From assembly GCA_016186625.1 (NCBI GenBank), contig JACPLG010000013.1, positions 1-57,084 of the forward strand: a stretch of 57,084 bases of DNA, written 5' to 3'. Both the position numbers and the translations under genes were made by a program. Of this stretch, positions 25,243-33,809 are shown in pieces. A model generated the notes under the pieces. The model was not told where the DNA came from and made no database searches. It worked only from the letters and a program-made list of their open reading frames with translations. Source of the DNA: Candidatus Levyibacteriota bacterium. Its GTDB lineage: Bacteria; Patescibacteriota; Microgenomatia; Levybacterales; UBA12049. The first letter of the stretch is position 1; every line of letters starts with the position of its first letter.

Positions 25243-25716
25243 ATGAGTTTAAATAGCTTGCCAAAAATAAAAAAACACAGTAAAAAAAGACTCGGTCAGG
25301 GACATGGTTCGGGAAGGGTCAAAACTGCGGGTCGCGGAACAAAAGGACAAAAAGCCAGAAATAAAGTTTCTTTATCCTTTGAAGGAGGAGCCTTGCCTCT
25401 TATCAAAAGACTTCCAATGAGACGCGGAAAAGGAAGAAATAAAAACCTAAGACACGGTCCTTTGATAGTAAATGTCAAATATCTCAATACACTTAACGAG
25501 AATCAAGTTGTTGATGTAGAGTCACTTATTAAAAAAGGAATTGTAAAAGCTGGGGACGCAAGAGAATTTGGTGTTAAAATATTAGGAGACGGAGAGATTA
25601 AACAGGCTTTAATTATTAAATTACCTATTTCAATAAGCGCAGCCAAAAAAATTGAGAAAGCAGGCGGTCACGTAGAACGCGACATGTCTAATCGAATTGA
25701 ATCAGTTATAAAATGA
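25243..25716 (+). CDS. rplO: 50S ribosomal protein L15 (directly abuts rpsE; no L30 gene)
   Basis: KKRLGQGHGSGRVKTAGRGTKGQKAR is present. Confidence 0.95.
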   Translation: MSLNSLPKIKKHSKKRLGQGHGSGRVKTAGRGTKGQKARNKVSLSFEGGALPLIKRLPMRRGKGRNKNLRHGPLIVNVKYLNTLNENQVVDVESLIKKGIVKAGDAREFGVKILGDGEIKQALIIKLPISISAAKKIEKAGGHVERDMSNRIESVIK

Positions 25717-25720
25717 TCCA

Positions 25721-25742
25721 GCCAAGCCACGTTTGACGTGGC
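25721..25742 (-). repeat. CCACGTCAAACGTGG hairpin element (intergenic copy)
   Basis: The reverse complement GCCACGTCAAACGTGGCTTGGC matches 45340-45362. Confidence 0.75.
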
Positions 25743-25759
25743 AGGAGGACGTGTAAAAC

Positions 25760-27046
25760 ATGGAACATCTTCTTAGATTAATTAGAAACAGTTTAAAAGC
25801 GCCAGACGTAAGAAAAAAGCTTATGTTCACTTTTTTCATTCTTGTAATCTTTCGTATTTTTGCCCATATTCCAGTTTCTGGTGTTGACCTAGTCCAGCTA
25901 AAGGCACTTTTTGCTCAGAGTCAGCTCTTGGGGTTACTTGATATTTTTTCTGGAGGAACTTTAGCTAATTTTTCAGTAATGGCACTAGGCCTTAATCCTT
26001 ATATTAATGCTTCAATTATAATGAATTTAGGAACTTTGGTGTTTCCTAAGCTTGAGGAACTCCAAAAAGAAGGAGAGATGGGACGGAAGAAAATTAACCA
26101 ATACACAAGATTTTTAACAGTTCCGCTAGCATCAGTTCAGGCTGTTGGAATGTTTGCTCTTTTGAAAAGCCAAGGAATTATTTTCTTGGATAATCCTATT
26201 CTAATATTGTCATTTATCCTGACAATGACTGCTGGGACTATGTTTTTGGTCTGGCTGGGAGAGCTTATTACTGAAAAAGGTGTGGGAAACGGTATTTCTA
26301 TTTTAATCTTTGCTGGTATTGTTGGAAGATTTCCGGTTATTTTTGGACAAACCATCACAACAGCTACATCCCAAAACTTATTTAACATTCTCAGCTTTGT
26401 TGTTATGGGGCTATTGGTGATAGGACTGATAGTTATTGTTAATGAGGCCACCAGACAAATAACAGTTCATTATGCAAGAAGAGTTAGGGGAAACAGAATG
26501 TATGGAGGTCAGTCCACCCACTTACCACTTCGTCTTAACCAGGCAGGAGTGATACCGATCATTTTTGCGATTTCACTAATACTTCTTCCAAGTCTTTTTG
26601 CAAATTACCTAACAGCTTCATCAAATCAAGTTCTAAAAAGTATTGCAACTGAGGTTACGATTTGGTTTAATCCCAATGGGCCAATTTATAATATTTCATA
26701 TTTTCTTTTAGTTGTTGTATTTACCTACTTCTATACAGCAGTGGTTTTCAATCCTAAAAAAATTGCTGAAGAAATCCAAAAATATGGAGGTTTTATCCCC
26801 GGAATTAGACCTGGAACTGAGACGGCAAAATATTTGAATTATATTCTTACAAGAATTACCTCCGCTGGAGCTATATTTTTAGGCTTTATTGCAATTCTGC
26901 CTGTAATTGGACGATCGGTTACCAATGTGCAAACACTTCTGTTGGGAGGAACGGGAATTCTAATTGTGGTTTCAGTAGTTTTGGAAACCATTAAATCAAT
27001 TGAAGCGCAGCTTGTTATGAGAAATTATGAGGGATACCAGAAATAA
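25760..27046 (+). CDS. secY: preprotein translocase subunit SecY
   Basis: It is a 10-TM protein with [23 protein letters not shown] and [19 protein letters not shown]. Confidence 0.96.
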   Translation: MEHLLRLIRNSLKAPDVRKKLMFTFFILVIFRIFAHIPVSGVDLVQLKALFAQSQLLGLLDIFSGGTLANFSVMALGLNPYINASIIMNLGTLVFPKLEELQKEGEMGRKKINQYTRFLTVPLASVQAVGMFALLKSQGIIFLDNPILILSFILTMTAGTMFLVWLGELITEKGVGNGISILIFAGIVGRFPVIFGQTITTATSQNLFNILSFVVMGLLVIGLIVIVNEATRQITVHYARRVRGNRMYGGQSTHLPLRLNQAGVIPIIFAISLILLPSLFANYLTASSNQVLKSIATEVTIWFNPNGPIYNISYFLLVVVFTYFYTAVVFNPKKIAEEIQKYGGFIPGIRPGTETAKYLNYILTRITSAGAIFLGFIAILPVIGRSVTNVQTLLLGGTGILIVVSVVLETIKSIEAQLVMRNYEGYQK

Positions 27047-27079
27047 TATTAAATATAAAATATTAAATAGCAAATAGTT

Positions 27080-27179
27080 AGCGAGGGGTGGTGTGAGTGG
27101 AAGGGTTCCCGACAGCGTGCAGGCGAGTGAATCGTCGACGAGCACTGGCGGGAGGGAAAGGAGCGACAGGACCCCGAGC
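27080..27179 (-). repeat. ~100-nt GC-rich element, copy B (inverted relative to copy A)
   Basis: The reverse complement aligns end to end with 20445-20546. Confidence 0.9.
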
Positions 27180-27190
27180 AACAAACTTAT

Positions 27191-27730
27191 ATGAAGATAA
27201 TTTTGATAGGAATTCAAGGTGCAGGAAAGTCAACACAAGGAAATATTCTTTCTGAAAAGTTAGGTATTCCGTATCTTTCAACAGGACACATTTTCCGTGA
27301 AATGGCCAAAGAAAAATCAAAACTTGGCCGCTACATAAAGGAAACTATGAATGCTGGATATTTAATTCCTGATGATAAAACAGTTGAGATAGTTAAGAAA
27401 TATCTTGAAAAACCTGAGTATGCCAAGGGGTATATAATTGATGGATTTCCAAGAACAGTTGCTCAGGCGCACGCTTTTGAGAATGGGGCAAAAAAAGCAA
27501 TTTATCTCAAAGTAACTGATGAGGAAGCTTTGAAAAGAATTAGTTTTCGAAATGGCAACGAGCGAGCAGACGAAACACCAGCGGCGATTGCAAAAAGAAT
27601 TGAGTCGTTCCATATTCACACAGAGCCAGCGATTGATTATTACAGGCAAAAAGGAATGCTTGTGGAAATCGATGGTGAAAAATCAATCGAAGAGATAAGT
27701 AAAGATATACTCAGGAGTATTGGGAAGTGA
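27191..27730 (+). CDS. adk: adenylate kinase (short type)
   Basis: MKIILIGIQGAGKSTQ...YLSTGHIFRE...IIDGFPRTVAQA is present. Confidence 0.9.
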   Translation: MKIILIGIQGAGKSTQGNILSEKLGIPYLSTGHIFREMAKEKSKLGRYIKETMNAGYLIPDDKTVEIVKKYLEKPEYAKGYIIDGFPRTVAQAHAFENGAKKAIYLKVTDEEALKRISFRNGNERADETPAAIAKRIESFHIHTEPAIDYYRQKGMLVEIDGEKSIEEISKDILRSIGK

Positions 27731-28290
27731 CTCAAAAATCTACCGTAATAGGGATTACCGGGCCGTTTGGAAGTGGAAAATCAACAGCAGCTGCCTTTTT
27801 CGAAAGTAAAGGTTTTTATAAGATTACTCTTTCTTCTTTTTTGGAAGAAGCGCTCAGGAGGCAAGGAAAGAAAATAACGCGAAAAAATCTTCAAGATCTC
27901 GGAAACTTATGGCGGTCCCAAAAAGGATCGGGAATTTTGGCTAGTAAGGCTCTTGAGTTTATCTCTAAAGATAATATTTCAAATGCAGTGATTGACGGGA
28001 TCAGAAATATAGGAGAGATCGAGCAATTTAAAAAGAACAGCGATTTCAAATTGATAGCTATATTAGCAAATAGGAATGTTCGTTTAGAGAGATTACAAAA
28101 AATAAAGAGGAGAGAAAATTTAACTAGGCAACTTTTTGACAAACTGGATTATCGAGATTTAGGTGTTGGAGAAAAAGAGACAGGCCTTCAAGTCGCAGTT
28201 TGCTTATCAGTTTCTGATTATTTTATTTTAAACAATGGGGGGAAAAAAGAGTTCGAAGATAGAATAAAAGAAATTCTAAATAAATTATGA
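27727..28290 (+). CDS. P-loop kinase, dephospho-CoA kinase / dNMP kinase-like
   Basis: VIGITGPFGSGKSTAAAFFESKGF is present. A GTGA overlap links it to adk. Confidence 0.6.
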   Translation: MTQKSTVIGITGPFGSGKSTAAAFFESKGFYKITLSSFLEEALRRQGKKITRKNLQDLGNLWRSQKGSGILASKALEFISKDNISNAVIDGIRNIGEIEQFKKNSDFKLIAILANRNVRLERLQKIKRRENLTRQLFDKLDYRDLGVGEKETGLQVAVCLSVSDYFILNNGGKKEFEDRIKEILNKL

Positions 28291-28835
28291 TTATTATTTT
28301 TATTGGCCCGCCATTTTCAGGAAAAGATACACAGGCAAAATTACTTGGGGAAAAATTAAATCTCCCTGTTTATTCAATGGGAGGAATAATTCGCAAGGCT
28401 TATGAAAAAGGTGACCCAAGAGCTATTGAAGGGTTTGAAAAGTATAGCATGAAAGGTCAACACGTCCCGATTAGATTAAAATTTGATTTACTGCGAGAAA
28501 AGCTTGAGAAGACAATTGACGGATTTATTCTTGATAATTTCCCAGCAACCCAGGAGGATCTAGATACCTTTAACAAATATTTATTAACTAAAAACCTTAA
28601 TGTAAATAGAGTATTTTTGATGAACGTAAGCAGAGAGGAAATGATTAGAAGAATGGTTAATAGAGGAAGAGGAGACGATGAGCAAGAATTGGTAATGAAA
28701 AGAAGAGAAATTCAAGATGAAGATAGAAAGCCGGTAATTGAGTATTTTATAACTTGGGGTTTGCTTGCGGAAATTGATAGCGAGGGAAAAATTGAAGATG
28801 TTCACAAGCAAATAATAGAGAAGTTAAATGGTTGA
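28287..28835 (+). CDS. second adenylate/nucleoside-monophosphate kinase family protein
   Basis: IIFIGPPFSGKDTQAKLLGEKL...ILDNFPATQEDL is present. An ATGA overlap links it to the previous gene. Confidence 0.7.
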   Translation: MIIIFIGPPFSGKDTQAKLLGEKLNLPVYSMGGIIRKAYEKGDPRAIEGFEKYSMKGQHVPIRLKFDLLREKLEKTIDGFILDNFPATQEDLDTFNKYLLTKNLNVNRVFLMNVSREEMIRRMVNRGRGDDEQELVMKRREIQDEDRKPVIEYFITWGLLAEIDSEGKIEDVHKQIIEKLNG

Positions 28836-29604
28836 TATCAAAACAGAGAAAGAAATAGAAATAATGAGAGAGGGTGGCAAAATTCTTGCAGAGATTTTGG
28901 GGGAAGTTTTAGATAGCATAAAACCTGGCGTGAACGAGCTTGAGCTGGATGAGTTTGCAGAGCGTTTAATCAGAGAAAAAGGTGGAGAGCCGGCATTTAA
29001 GAAAGTAAAGGGATACCGCCACTGCCTATGTATCTCAGGAAACAACATAGTTGTTCACGGAGTTCCTACAAAGCGCAAACTTCAAGAAGGCGATGTTGTG
29101 GGAGTTGATTGTGGAGTATACTACAAAGGATTTAACACAGATATGTCGGAGACAATTAAAGTCAAAAGGCAAAAGTCAAAAGGCAAAAGTTTGAATGAAG
29201 ATGAAATTGATAGGTTTTTAGAAACTGGGAAGAAAGCTTTGGAGGAGGCTATCAAGGTTGCAATTGTGGGGAATAGGATTGGGCATATTTCTAAAACAAT
29301 TCAAGAGATTGTTGAGAAGGAAGGATACTCGGTTGTAAGAGCGCTAATTGGTCATGGAGTGGGGAGGCAGCTTCACGAGGATCCGGAGGTTCCTGGATTT
29401 CTTAACAAAAAGATAGAAAAGACCCCTCTTCTTAAAGGTGGAATGACCATAGCAATTGAAGTAATTTACAACATGGGCGGCCACGAGGTTTCCTATTTAA
29501 ATAGCGATGGTTGGACAATAGCAACATCGGATGGATCTATTTCAGGACTTTTTGAAAAAACAATCGCGATAAAAGAAAAAGGGCCATTGGTTTTAACAGC
29601 CTAG
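28828..29604 (+). CDS. map: methionine aminopeptidase type I
   Basis: VVHGVP...GDVVGVDCG...FNTDMSET...LIGHGVG...EDPEVP...IAIEV is present. Confidence 0.93.
   Translation: MVDIKTEKEIEIMREGGKILAEILGEVLDSIKPGVNELELDEFAERLIREKGGEPAFKKVKGYRHCLCISGNNIVVHGVPTKRKLQEGDVVGVDCGVYYKGFNTDMSETIKVKRQKSKGKSLNEDEIDRFLETGKKALEEAIKVAIVGNRIGHISKTIQEIVEKEGYSVVRALIGHGVGRQLHEDPEVPGFLNKKIEKTPLLKGGMTIAIEVIYNMGGHEVSYLNSDGWTIATSDGSISGLFEKTIAIKEKGPLVLTA
29161..29188 (+). repeat. 14-nt tandem duplication inside map
   Basis: GTCAAAAGGCAAAA occurs twice and encodes part of KVKRQKSKGKS. The word TCAAAAG is shared with spacer 2465-2574. Confidence 0.85.
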
Positions 29605-29647
29605 TTAGTACTTGTCCTTTTGAGGCTAGTTTGGTATAATAAAGGCC

Positions 29648-29731
29648 AAATTCGAATATCGAATATCGAAATTCGAAACGTAATCGGAAATGTATTTGTT
29701 TCGAGCTTCGGATTTCGAGCTTCGGATTTTT
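29648..29731 (+). repeat. CGAA/TTCG word palindrome upstream of infA
   Basis: AAATTCGAATATCGAATATCGAAATTCGAAACG...GTTTCGAGCTTCGGATTTCGAGCTTCGGATTTTT is homologous to 32711-32837. Confidence 0.8.
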
Positions 29732-29734
29732 ATT

Positions 29735-29953
29735 ATGGCGCATCAAGGGTCATTTGAGGTGGAAGGAAAAGTTCTGGAGTCTCTGCCCAATACTTTATTT
29801 AGAGTAGAGCTTGGGGATGGTAAAATAATTATCTGCCATTTATCTGGGAAAATGAGGATGAATTTTATAAAGATTCTCCCTGGAGACAGAGTCCGAGTAG
29901 AGATGACGCCATATGACGGCTCAAAAGGAAGAATTACTTTCAGGCTAAAATAG
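29735..29953 (+). CDS. infA: translation initiation factor IF-1
   Basis: [23 protein letters not shown]...[29 protein letters not shown] is present. Confidence 0.95.
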   Translation: MAHQGSFEVEGKVLESLPNTLFRVELGDGKIIICHLSGKMRMNFIKILPGDRVRVEMTPYDGSKGRITFRLK

Positions 29954-30043
29954 CCTGAATACGAATAGACCCGAATTATTGATTCGAATAAACACGAATA
30001 TTCGGAGCTATTCGCATAAAAGATTCGGAAGGATTAGTATATT
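29954..30043 (+). repeat. CGAATA/TTCGGA leader repeat, copy 1 (before rpmJ)
   Basis: It aligns along its length with 30158-30244. Both copies end in ATTAGTAT directly before a start codon. Confidence 0.75.
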
Positions 30044-30157
30044 GTGAAGGTACAGGCAAGTGTTTCAAAAAGGTGTTCAAAGTGTAAAATTATTCGCCGA
30101 CGTGGAGTGGTGAGGGTTATTTGTGATAATCCAAGACACAAGCAGAGACAAGGCTAG
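30044..30157 (+). CDS. rpmJ: 50S ribosomal protein L36 (not in supplied ORF track)
   Basis: My translation gives [37 protein letters not shown], with a GTG start. Confidence 0.93.
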   Translation: MKVQASVSKRCSKCKIIRRRGVVRVICDNPRHKQRQG

Positions 30158-30244
30158 GATGCGAATGCATCCGAATTATTAGTTCGAATATATCCTAATA
30201 TTCGGAAAAATTCGGAGTAAACATTCGAATAAATTAGTATTTAT
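30158..30244 (+). repeat. CGAATA/TTCGGA leader repeat, copy 2 (before rpsM)
   Basis: See the entry for 29954-30043. Confidence 0.75.
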
Positions 30245-30655
30245 ATGAGAATTTCAGGAGTAAATATACCAGATGAAAAGAAATTAGATATAGCACTAGG
30301 CTATATTTACGGTGTTGGAAGAAATAATGTTTATGAAATTCTAGAAAAAGCCAAGGTAGATGGTGCAAAAAGAGTAAATACACTTTCTGAAGATGAGCAG
30401 AAAAGGATACAAAAGGCCTTAGAGGGTTACAAACTTGAGGGAGACTTAAGAACTGAAATTAATGAAAATATAAGAAGACTTAAGGATATTGGATCATATA
30501 GAGGGTTGCGGCACAGTAGAAATTTACCAGCAAGAGGGCAGAGAACAAGATCAAACGCAAGAACCAAAAGAGGAAAGAGAGTAACAATAGGAGCAATAAA
30601 GAAAGAGGTAGCAATAAAAATGGGGCTTGCTACCGAGGAAACCAAGGAGAAATAA
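30245..30655 (+). CDS. rpsM: 30S ribosomal protein S13
   Basis: MRISGVNIPDEKKLDIALGYIYGVG...YRGLRH...LPARGQRTRSNART is present. Confidence 0.96.
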   Translation: MRISGVNIPDEKKLDIALGYIYGVGRNNVYEILEKAKVDGAKRVNTLSEDEQKRIQKALEGYKLEGDLRTEINENIRRLKDIGSYRGLRHSRNLPARGQRTRSNARTKRGKRVTIGAIKKEVAIKMGLATEETKEK

Positions 30656-30658
30656 AAT

Positions 30659-31057
30659 ATGGCAGAAGGAGTAACAAAAAAGAGAGAATCAAAGAAAAAA
30701 ACTGATCGGGTTTCAGAAAACGGTAAAGTTTTTATAACAGCAACTTTTAATAATACTTTGGTAACGATAACAAATAATAAGGGAGATACAATAGGCTGGA
30801 GTTCTGCCGGAGCTGTTGGTTTTAAAGGTACTAGAAAATCAACACCCTATGCAGCAACAACAGCTGTTGAGGCAGTTGCGAAAAAGGCAGTCTTAAAAGG
30901 ATTAAAAAATGTTGAAGTTTACATTAAAGGACCAGGAGCTGGGCGTGATTCGGCACTTCGGGCAATTAAAAGTGCTGGTCTTTCTATTTCTCAAATCGCT
31001 GATATAACCCCTATTCCGCATAACGGACCAAGGGCAAGCAAAAAACGCAGAATATAG
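30659..31057 (+). CDS. rpsK: 30S ribosomal protein S11
   Basis: ATFNNTLVTITNNKGDTIGWSSAG..GFKGTRKSTPYAA is present. Confidence 0.96.
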   Translation: MAEGVTKKRESKKKTDRVSENGKVFITATFNNTLVTITNNKGDTIGWSSAGAVGFKGTRKSTPYAATTAVEAVAKKAVLKGLKNVEVYIKGPGAGRDSALRAIKSAGLSISQIADITPIPHNGPRASKKRRI

Positions 31058-31090
31058 AATTATGAATTACGAATTAAGAAAGGAGAAAAA

Positions 31091-31155
31091 GTTATAAGTT
31101 ATAAGTTATAAGTTCGATTTGGACTAATAACTTATAACTAAGCACTAATAACTTA
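31091..31155. repeat. TTATAAG-word hairpin element, copy 4
   Basis: The sequence is GTTATAAGTTATAAGTTATAAGTTCGATTTGGACTAATAACTTATAACTAAGCACTAATAACTT. Confidence 0.8.
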
Positions 31156-31162
31156 AAGACAG

Positions 31163-31765
31163 GTGGCACGATACATTGGACCAAAACATAAAGTTGCAAG
31201 ACGAGAAGGAATAAATGTATTGGATAAAACTTCAAACAGTTTATTACGCAGGCTCAACATTCCTCCCGGGCAGCACGGCAGGAAAAGAAAAAAAAGATTA
31301 TCCGAATTTGGAGAGCAGCTTAGGGAAAAACAAAAAGCAAAAGCAACTTACGGACTTTTGGAAAAACAGTTTAAAAACCTTTTCAGAAATGTTGAAGCAA
31401 AAAGGGCAGAAACAGGTGAGCTTTTGATTGCACATTTGGAGACAAGGCTTGATAATCTGGTTTACAGGCTGGGATTTGCAAGGTCACGTGCAGGAGCAAG
31501 ACAGCTCGTTTCTCACGGACACGTTTTTGTAAATGATAAAAAAGTAACAATTCCCTCATATCAAGTGAGAGTAGATGATATTATATCGCTTGGCCCTAAA
31601 TATCAGAATAACCCCGCAGTTTTACAGGCTATGGAAGAGCGGAAAGAATTTCTTCCGTTTGTCGTGCGTGAAGGCGCTTTAGGAAAGTTGTTAAGAATGC
31701 CCAAAAAAGACGATCTAGAGGTCCCTTTTAATACACAGCTGATAATTGAATATTATTCAAGATAA
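31163..31765 (+). CDS. rpsD: 30S ribosomal protein S4
   Basis: ARYIGPKHKVARREG...LETRLDNLVYRLGFARSRAGARQLVSHGH is present, with a GTG start. Confidence 0.95.
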   Translation: MARYIGPKHKVARREGINVLDKTSNSLLRRLNIPPGQHGRKRKKRLSEFGEQLREKQKAKATYGLLEKQFKNLFRNVEAKRAETGELLIAHLETRLDNLVYRLGFARSRAGARQLVSHGHVFVNDKKVTIPSYQVRVDDIISLGPKYQNNPAVLQAMEERKEFLPFVVREGALGKLLRMPKKDDLEVPFNTQLIIEYYSR

Positions 31766-31782
31766 TGTTAGAATAATTCTTT

Positions 31783-32706
31783 ATGATAGAGCCTAATTTT
31801 AAAGTAAAAGAAGAGAAGTCGACTTCGGATTTTGGGCAATTTAGTATTGAGCCGCTTGAGCCTGGATACGGTCATACCTTAGGTACTGCACTTCGTCGAG
31901 TTTTACTAATTTCTATTCCCGGAGTTGCTGTAACTTCTATTAAGATCTCAGGAGTAAAACACAGATTCTCAACACTTCCAGGACTTAAGGAAAATATTGT
32001 AGATTTGTTACTCAATATAAAAGGTTTAAATTTCAGACTGCTAAATTCTAAAGATCAAAGTAGCGTTAAGCTCTCAGTTAGAGGCCCAAAGGAAATTAAA
32101 GGAAAAGATTTAGAGCTTTCTGAGGACGTTGAAATTGCAAACCCAGATCACTATATTGGAACGCTTGCTGATAAAAAAGCCAAAATTGAAATGGAGATGA
32201 TAGTTGAGCGAGGATATGGTTATTCACTTGCTGAGGAGAGAAGAAGCAACGCTTTAGGAGTAATACCAACAGATGCAATATATTCCCCGGTGAGACGTGT
32301 AAATTTTTCAGTCTCTGCAACCCGTGTCGGAAGACAGACAAATTTAGATAAGCTAAATATCCAGATTTGGACAAACGGAATAATCTCGCCTAAGGAAGCG
32401 CTGGATCAGGCAGGAAGGACTCTCACCTCATACTTTCATCAAGTTTATGAGCCAAAAGCCGAAGAAGAGTCAATCTCTGATTCCTCAATACAAAAAATAC
32501 CAGAGACAGTTTTAAATCTTACAATTGATGAAATAGATCTGCCAACTAGAATTTATAATTCACTTAGAAACGGTGGGGTAGAAACAATAGGCCAACTTAT
32601 CCTAACCCCAAGAAAAGATTTAATTTCTATGAGAAATATGGGCGGAAAATCTATTACAATTATAGAAGAAAAATTAAAAGAAAAAGAGATCGAACTTCCT
32701 GCCTAA
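31783..32706 (+). CDS. rpoA: DNA-directed RNA polymerase alpha subunit
   Basis: GQFSIEPLEPGYGHTLGTALRRVLL is present, with a C-terminal domain carrying IDLPTRIYNSLRNGGVETIGQL. Confidence 0.95.
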   Translation: MIEPNFKVKEEKSTSDFGQFSIEPLEPGYGHTLGTALRRVLLISIPGVAVTSIKISGVKHRFSTLPGLKENIVDLLLNIKGLNFRLLNSKDQSSVKLSVRGPKEIKGKDLELSEDVEIANPDHYIGTLADKKAKIEMEMIVERGYGYSLAEERRSNALGVIPTDAIYSPVRRVNFSVSATRVGRQTNLDKLNIQIWTNGIISPKEALDQAGRTLTSYFHQVYEPKAEEESISDSSIQKIPETVLNLTIDEIDLPTRIYNSLRNGGVETIGQLILTPRKDLISMRNMGGKSITIIEEKLKEKEIELPA

Positions 32707-32710
32707 ATAC

Positions 32711-32837
32711 AAATCCGAATATCGAATTTCGAAACTCGAAACAATTTTCAAAACTCGAATAACAAATACTTAAAACATTTGAGTTTAGGAAATTAGAATT
32801 TGTTTCGTATTTCGGGTTTCGTGCTTCGGATTTTTTT
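32711..32837 (+). repeat. CGAA/TTCG word palindrome upstream of rplQ
   Basis: AAATCCGAATATCGAATTTCGAAACTCGAAAC...GTTTCGTATTTCGGGTTTCGTGCTTCGGATTTTT is present. Confidence 0.8.
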
Positions 32838-32843
32838 AAAATT

Positions 32844-33383
32844 ATGAAAAAACAAGTATATGGTAGAAAATTTAAAAGAGATAGGAATCAAAGAAAGGCT
32901 CTTTTTTCGGGACTTATTTCTGCTATGATTTTGAAAGGAAAAATTACAACAACTGAAGAAAAAGCAAAAGCAATTCGTCCCGGTTTAGAAAAACTTGTTA
33001 CAAAAGCTAAGAAGGGAGAGATTTCAAAAAGATTACTTCGACCGTATCTTAAACCTTTTGAAATTGATAAGATGATCTATGAAATTGGGCCCACGTTTAT
33101 CAGTAGAGCTGGTGGCTACACAAGAATTATTAAAACAGGAAGAAGACTTTCGGATAATGCGCAACTTGCAATTATAGAGTGGACGGACAAAATTATAAAA
33201 GTAGAAAAACCTGCAATTACAGAAAACACTGAGAAGTCCACAGAAGCACAGAGTAAGTCTTCAGTTTCCTCAGTGGACAAATCTGTGCATTCAGTGGTTG
33301 CAAGGAAAGCATCGAAGCGAACGAGTTCGAAAACCAGACCCCACTCCGCCAAGGCTTCGCGGGGCAAGAAGGAGACAAAGTAA
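32844..33383 (+). CDS. rplQ: 50S ribosomal protein L17 with ~60-aa Ser/Lys-rich C-terminal extension
   Basis: The GRKFKRDRNQRKAL...TTEEKAKAIRP..EKLVTKAK pattern is present. The tail contains the GC-rich element at 33338-33365. Confidence 0.9.
   Translation: MKKQVYGRKFKRDRNQRKALFSGLISAMILKGKITTTEEKAKAIRPGLEKLVTKAKKGEISKRLLRPYLKPFEIDKMIYEIGPTFISRAGGYTRIIKTGRRLSDNAQLAIIEWTDKIIKVEKPAITENTEKSTEAQSKSSVSSVDKSVHSVVARKASKRTSSKTRPHSAKASRGKKETK
33338..33365 (+). repeat. GC-rich element copy inside rplQ tail
   Basis: GACCCCACTCCGCCAAGGCTTCGCGGGGC encodes RPHSAKASRG. Confidence 0.6.
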
Positions 33384-33809
33384 ATGAAAGCAACAAAAGC
33401 ATCGGATATAAAAAGAGAATGGCACTTGATTGATGTTGATGGAAAAACACTGGGAAGAATCTCAACAGAAATTGCCGGATTTCTTATGGGCAAAAGCAAG
33501 CCCTATTTTGTGAGAAATCTTGACTGTGGTGATTTTGTAGTGGTTATAAATTCGAAAAAAGTAAAAGTAACCGGAAATAAAGAAAATAAAAAAGTTTATA
33601 AACGCCATTCAGGATACCCAGGCGGTTTTAAAACAGAAACTCTAGGAGAGCTCAGAATTAGAAAGTCAGATGACATAATTAGGCGTGCTGTTTCAGGGAT
33701 GCTCCCCCAAAACAAATTAAAAGATCAAATGCTAAACCGTTTAAAGGTTTTTGAGGGCAATGAACATAGTTATAACGATAAGTTTATTAAAAAAGGAAGA
33801 ACAAAATAA
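33384..33809 (+). CDS. rplM: 50S ribosomal protein L13
   Basis: WHLIDVDGKTLGRISTEIAGFLMGK...GDFVVVINS...YKRHSGYPGG is present. Confidence 0.95.
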   Translation: MKATKASDIKREWHLIDVDGKTLGRISTEIAGFLMGKSKPYFVRNLDCGDFVVVINSKKVKVTGNKENKKVYKRHSGYPGGFKTETLGELRIRKSDDIIRRAVSGMLPQNKLKDQMLNRLKVFEGNEHSYNDKFIKKGRTK

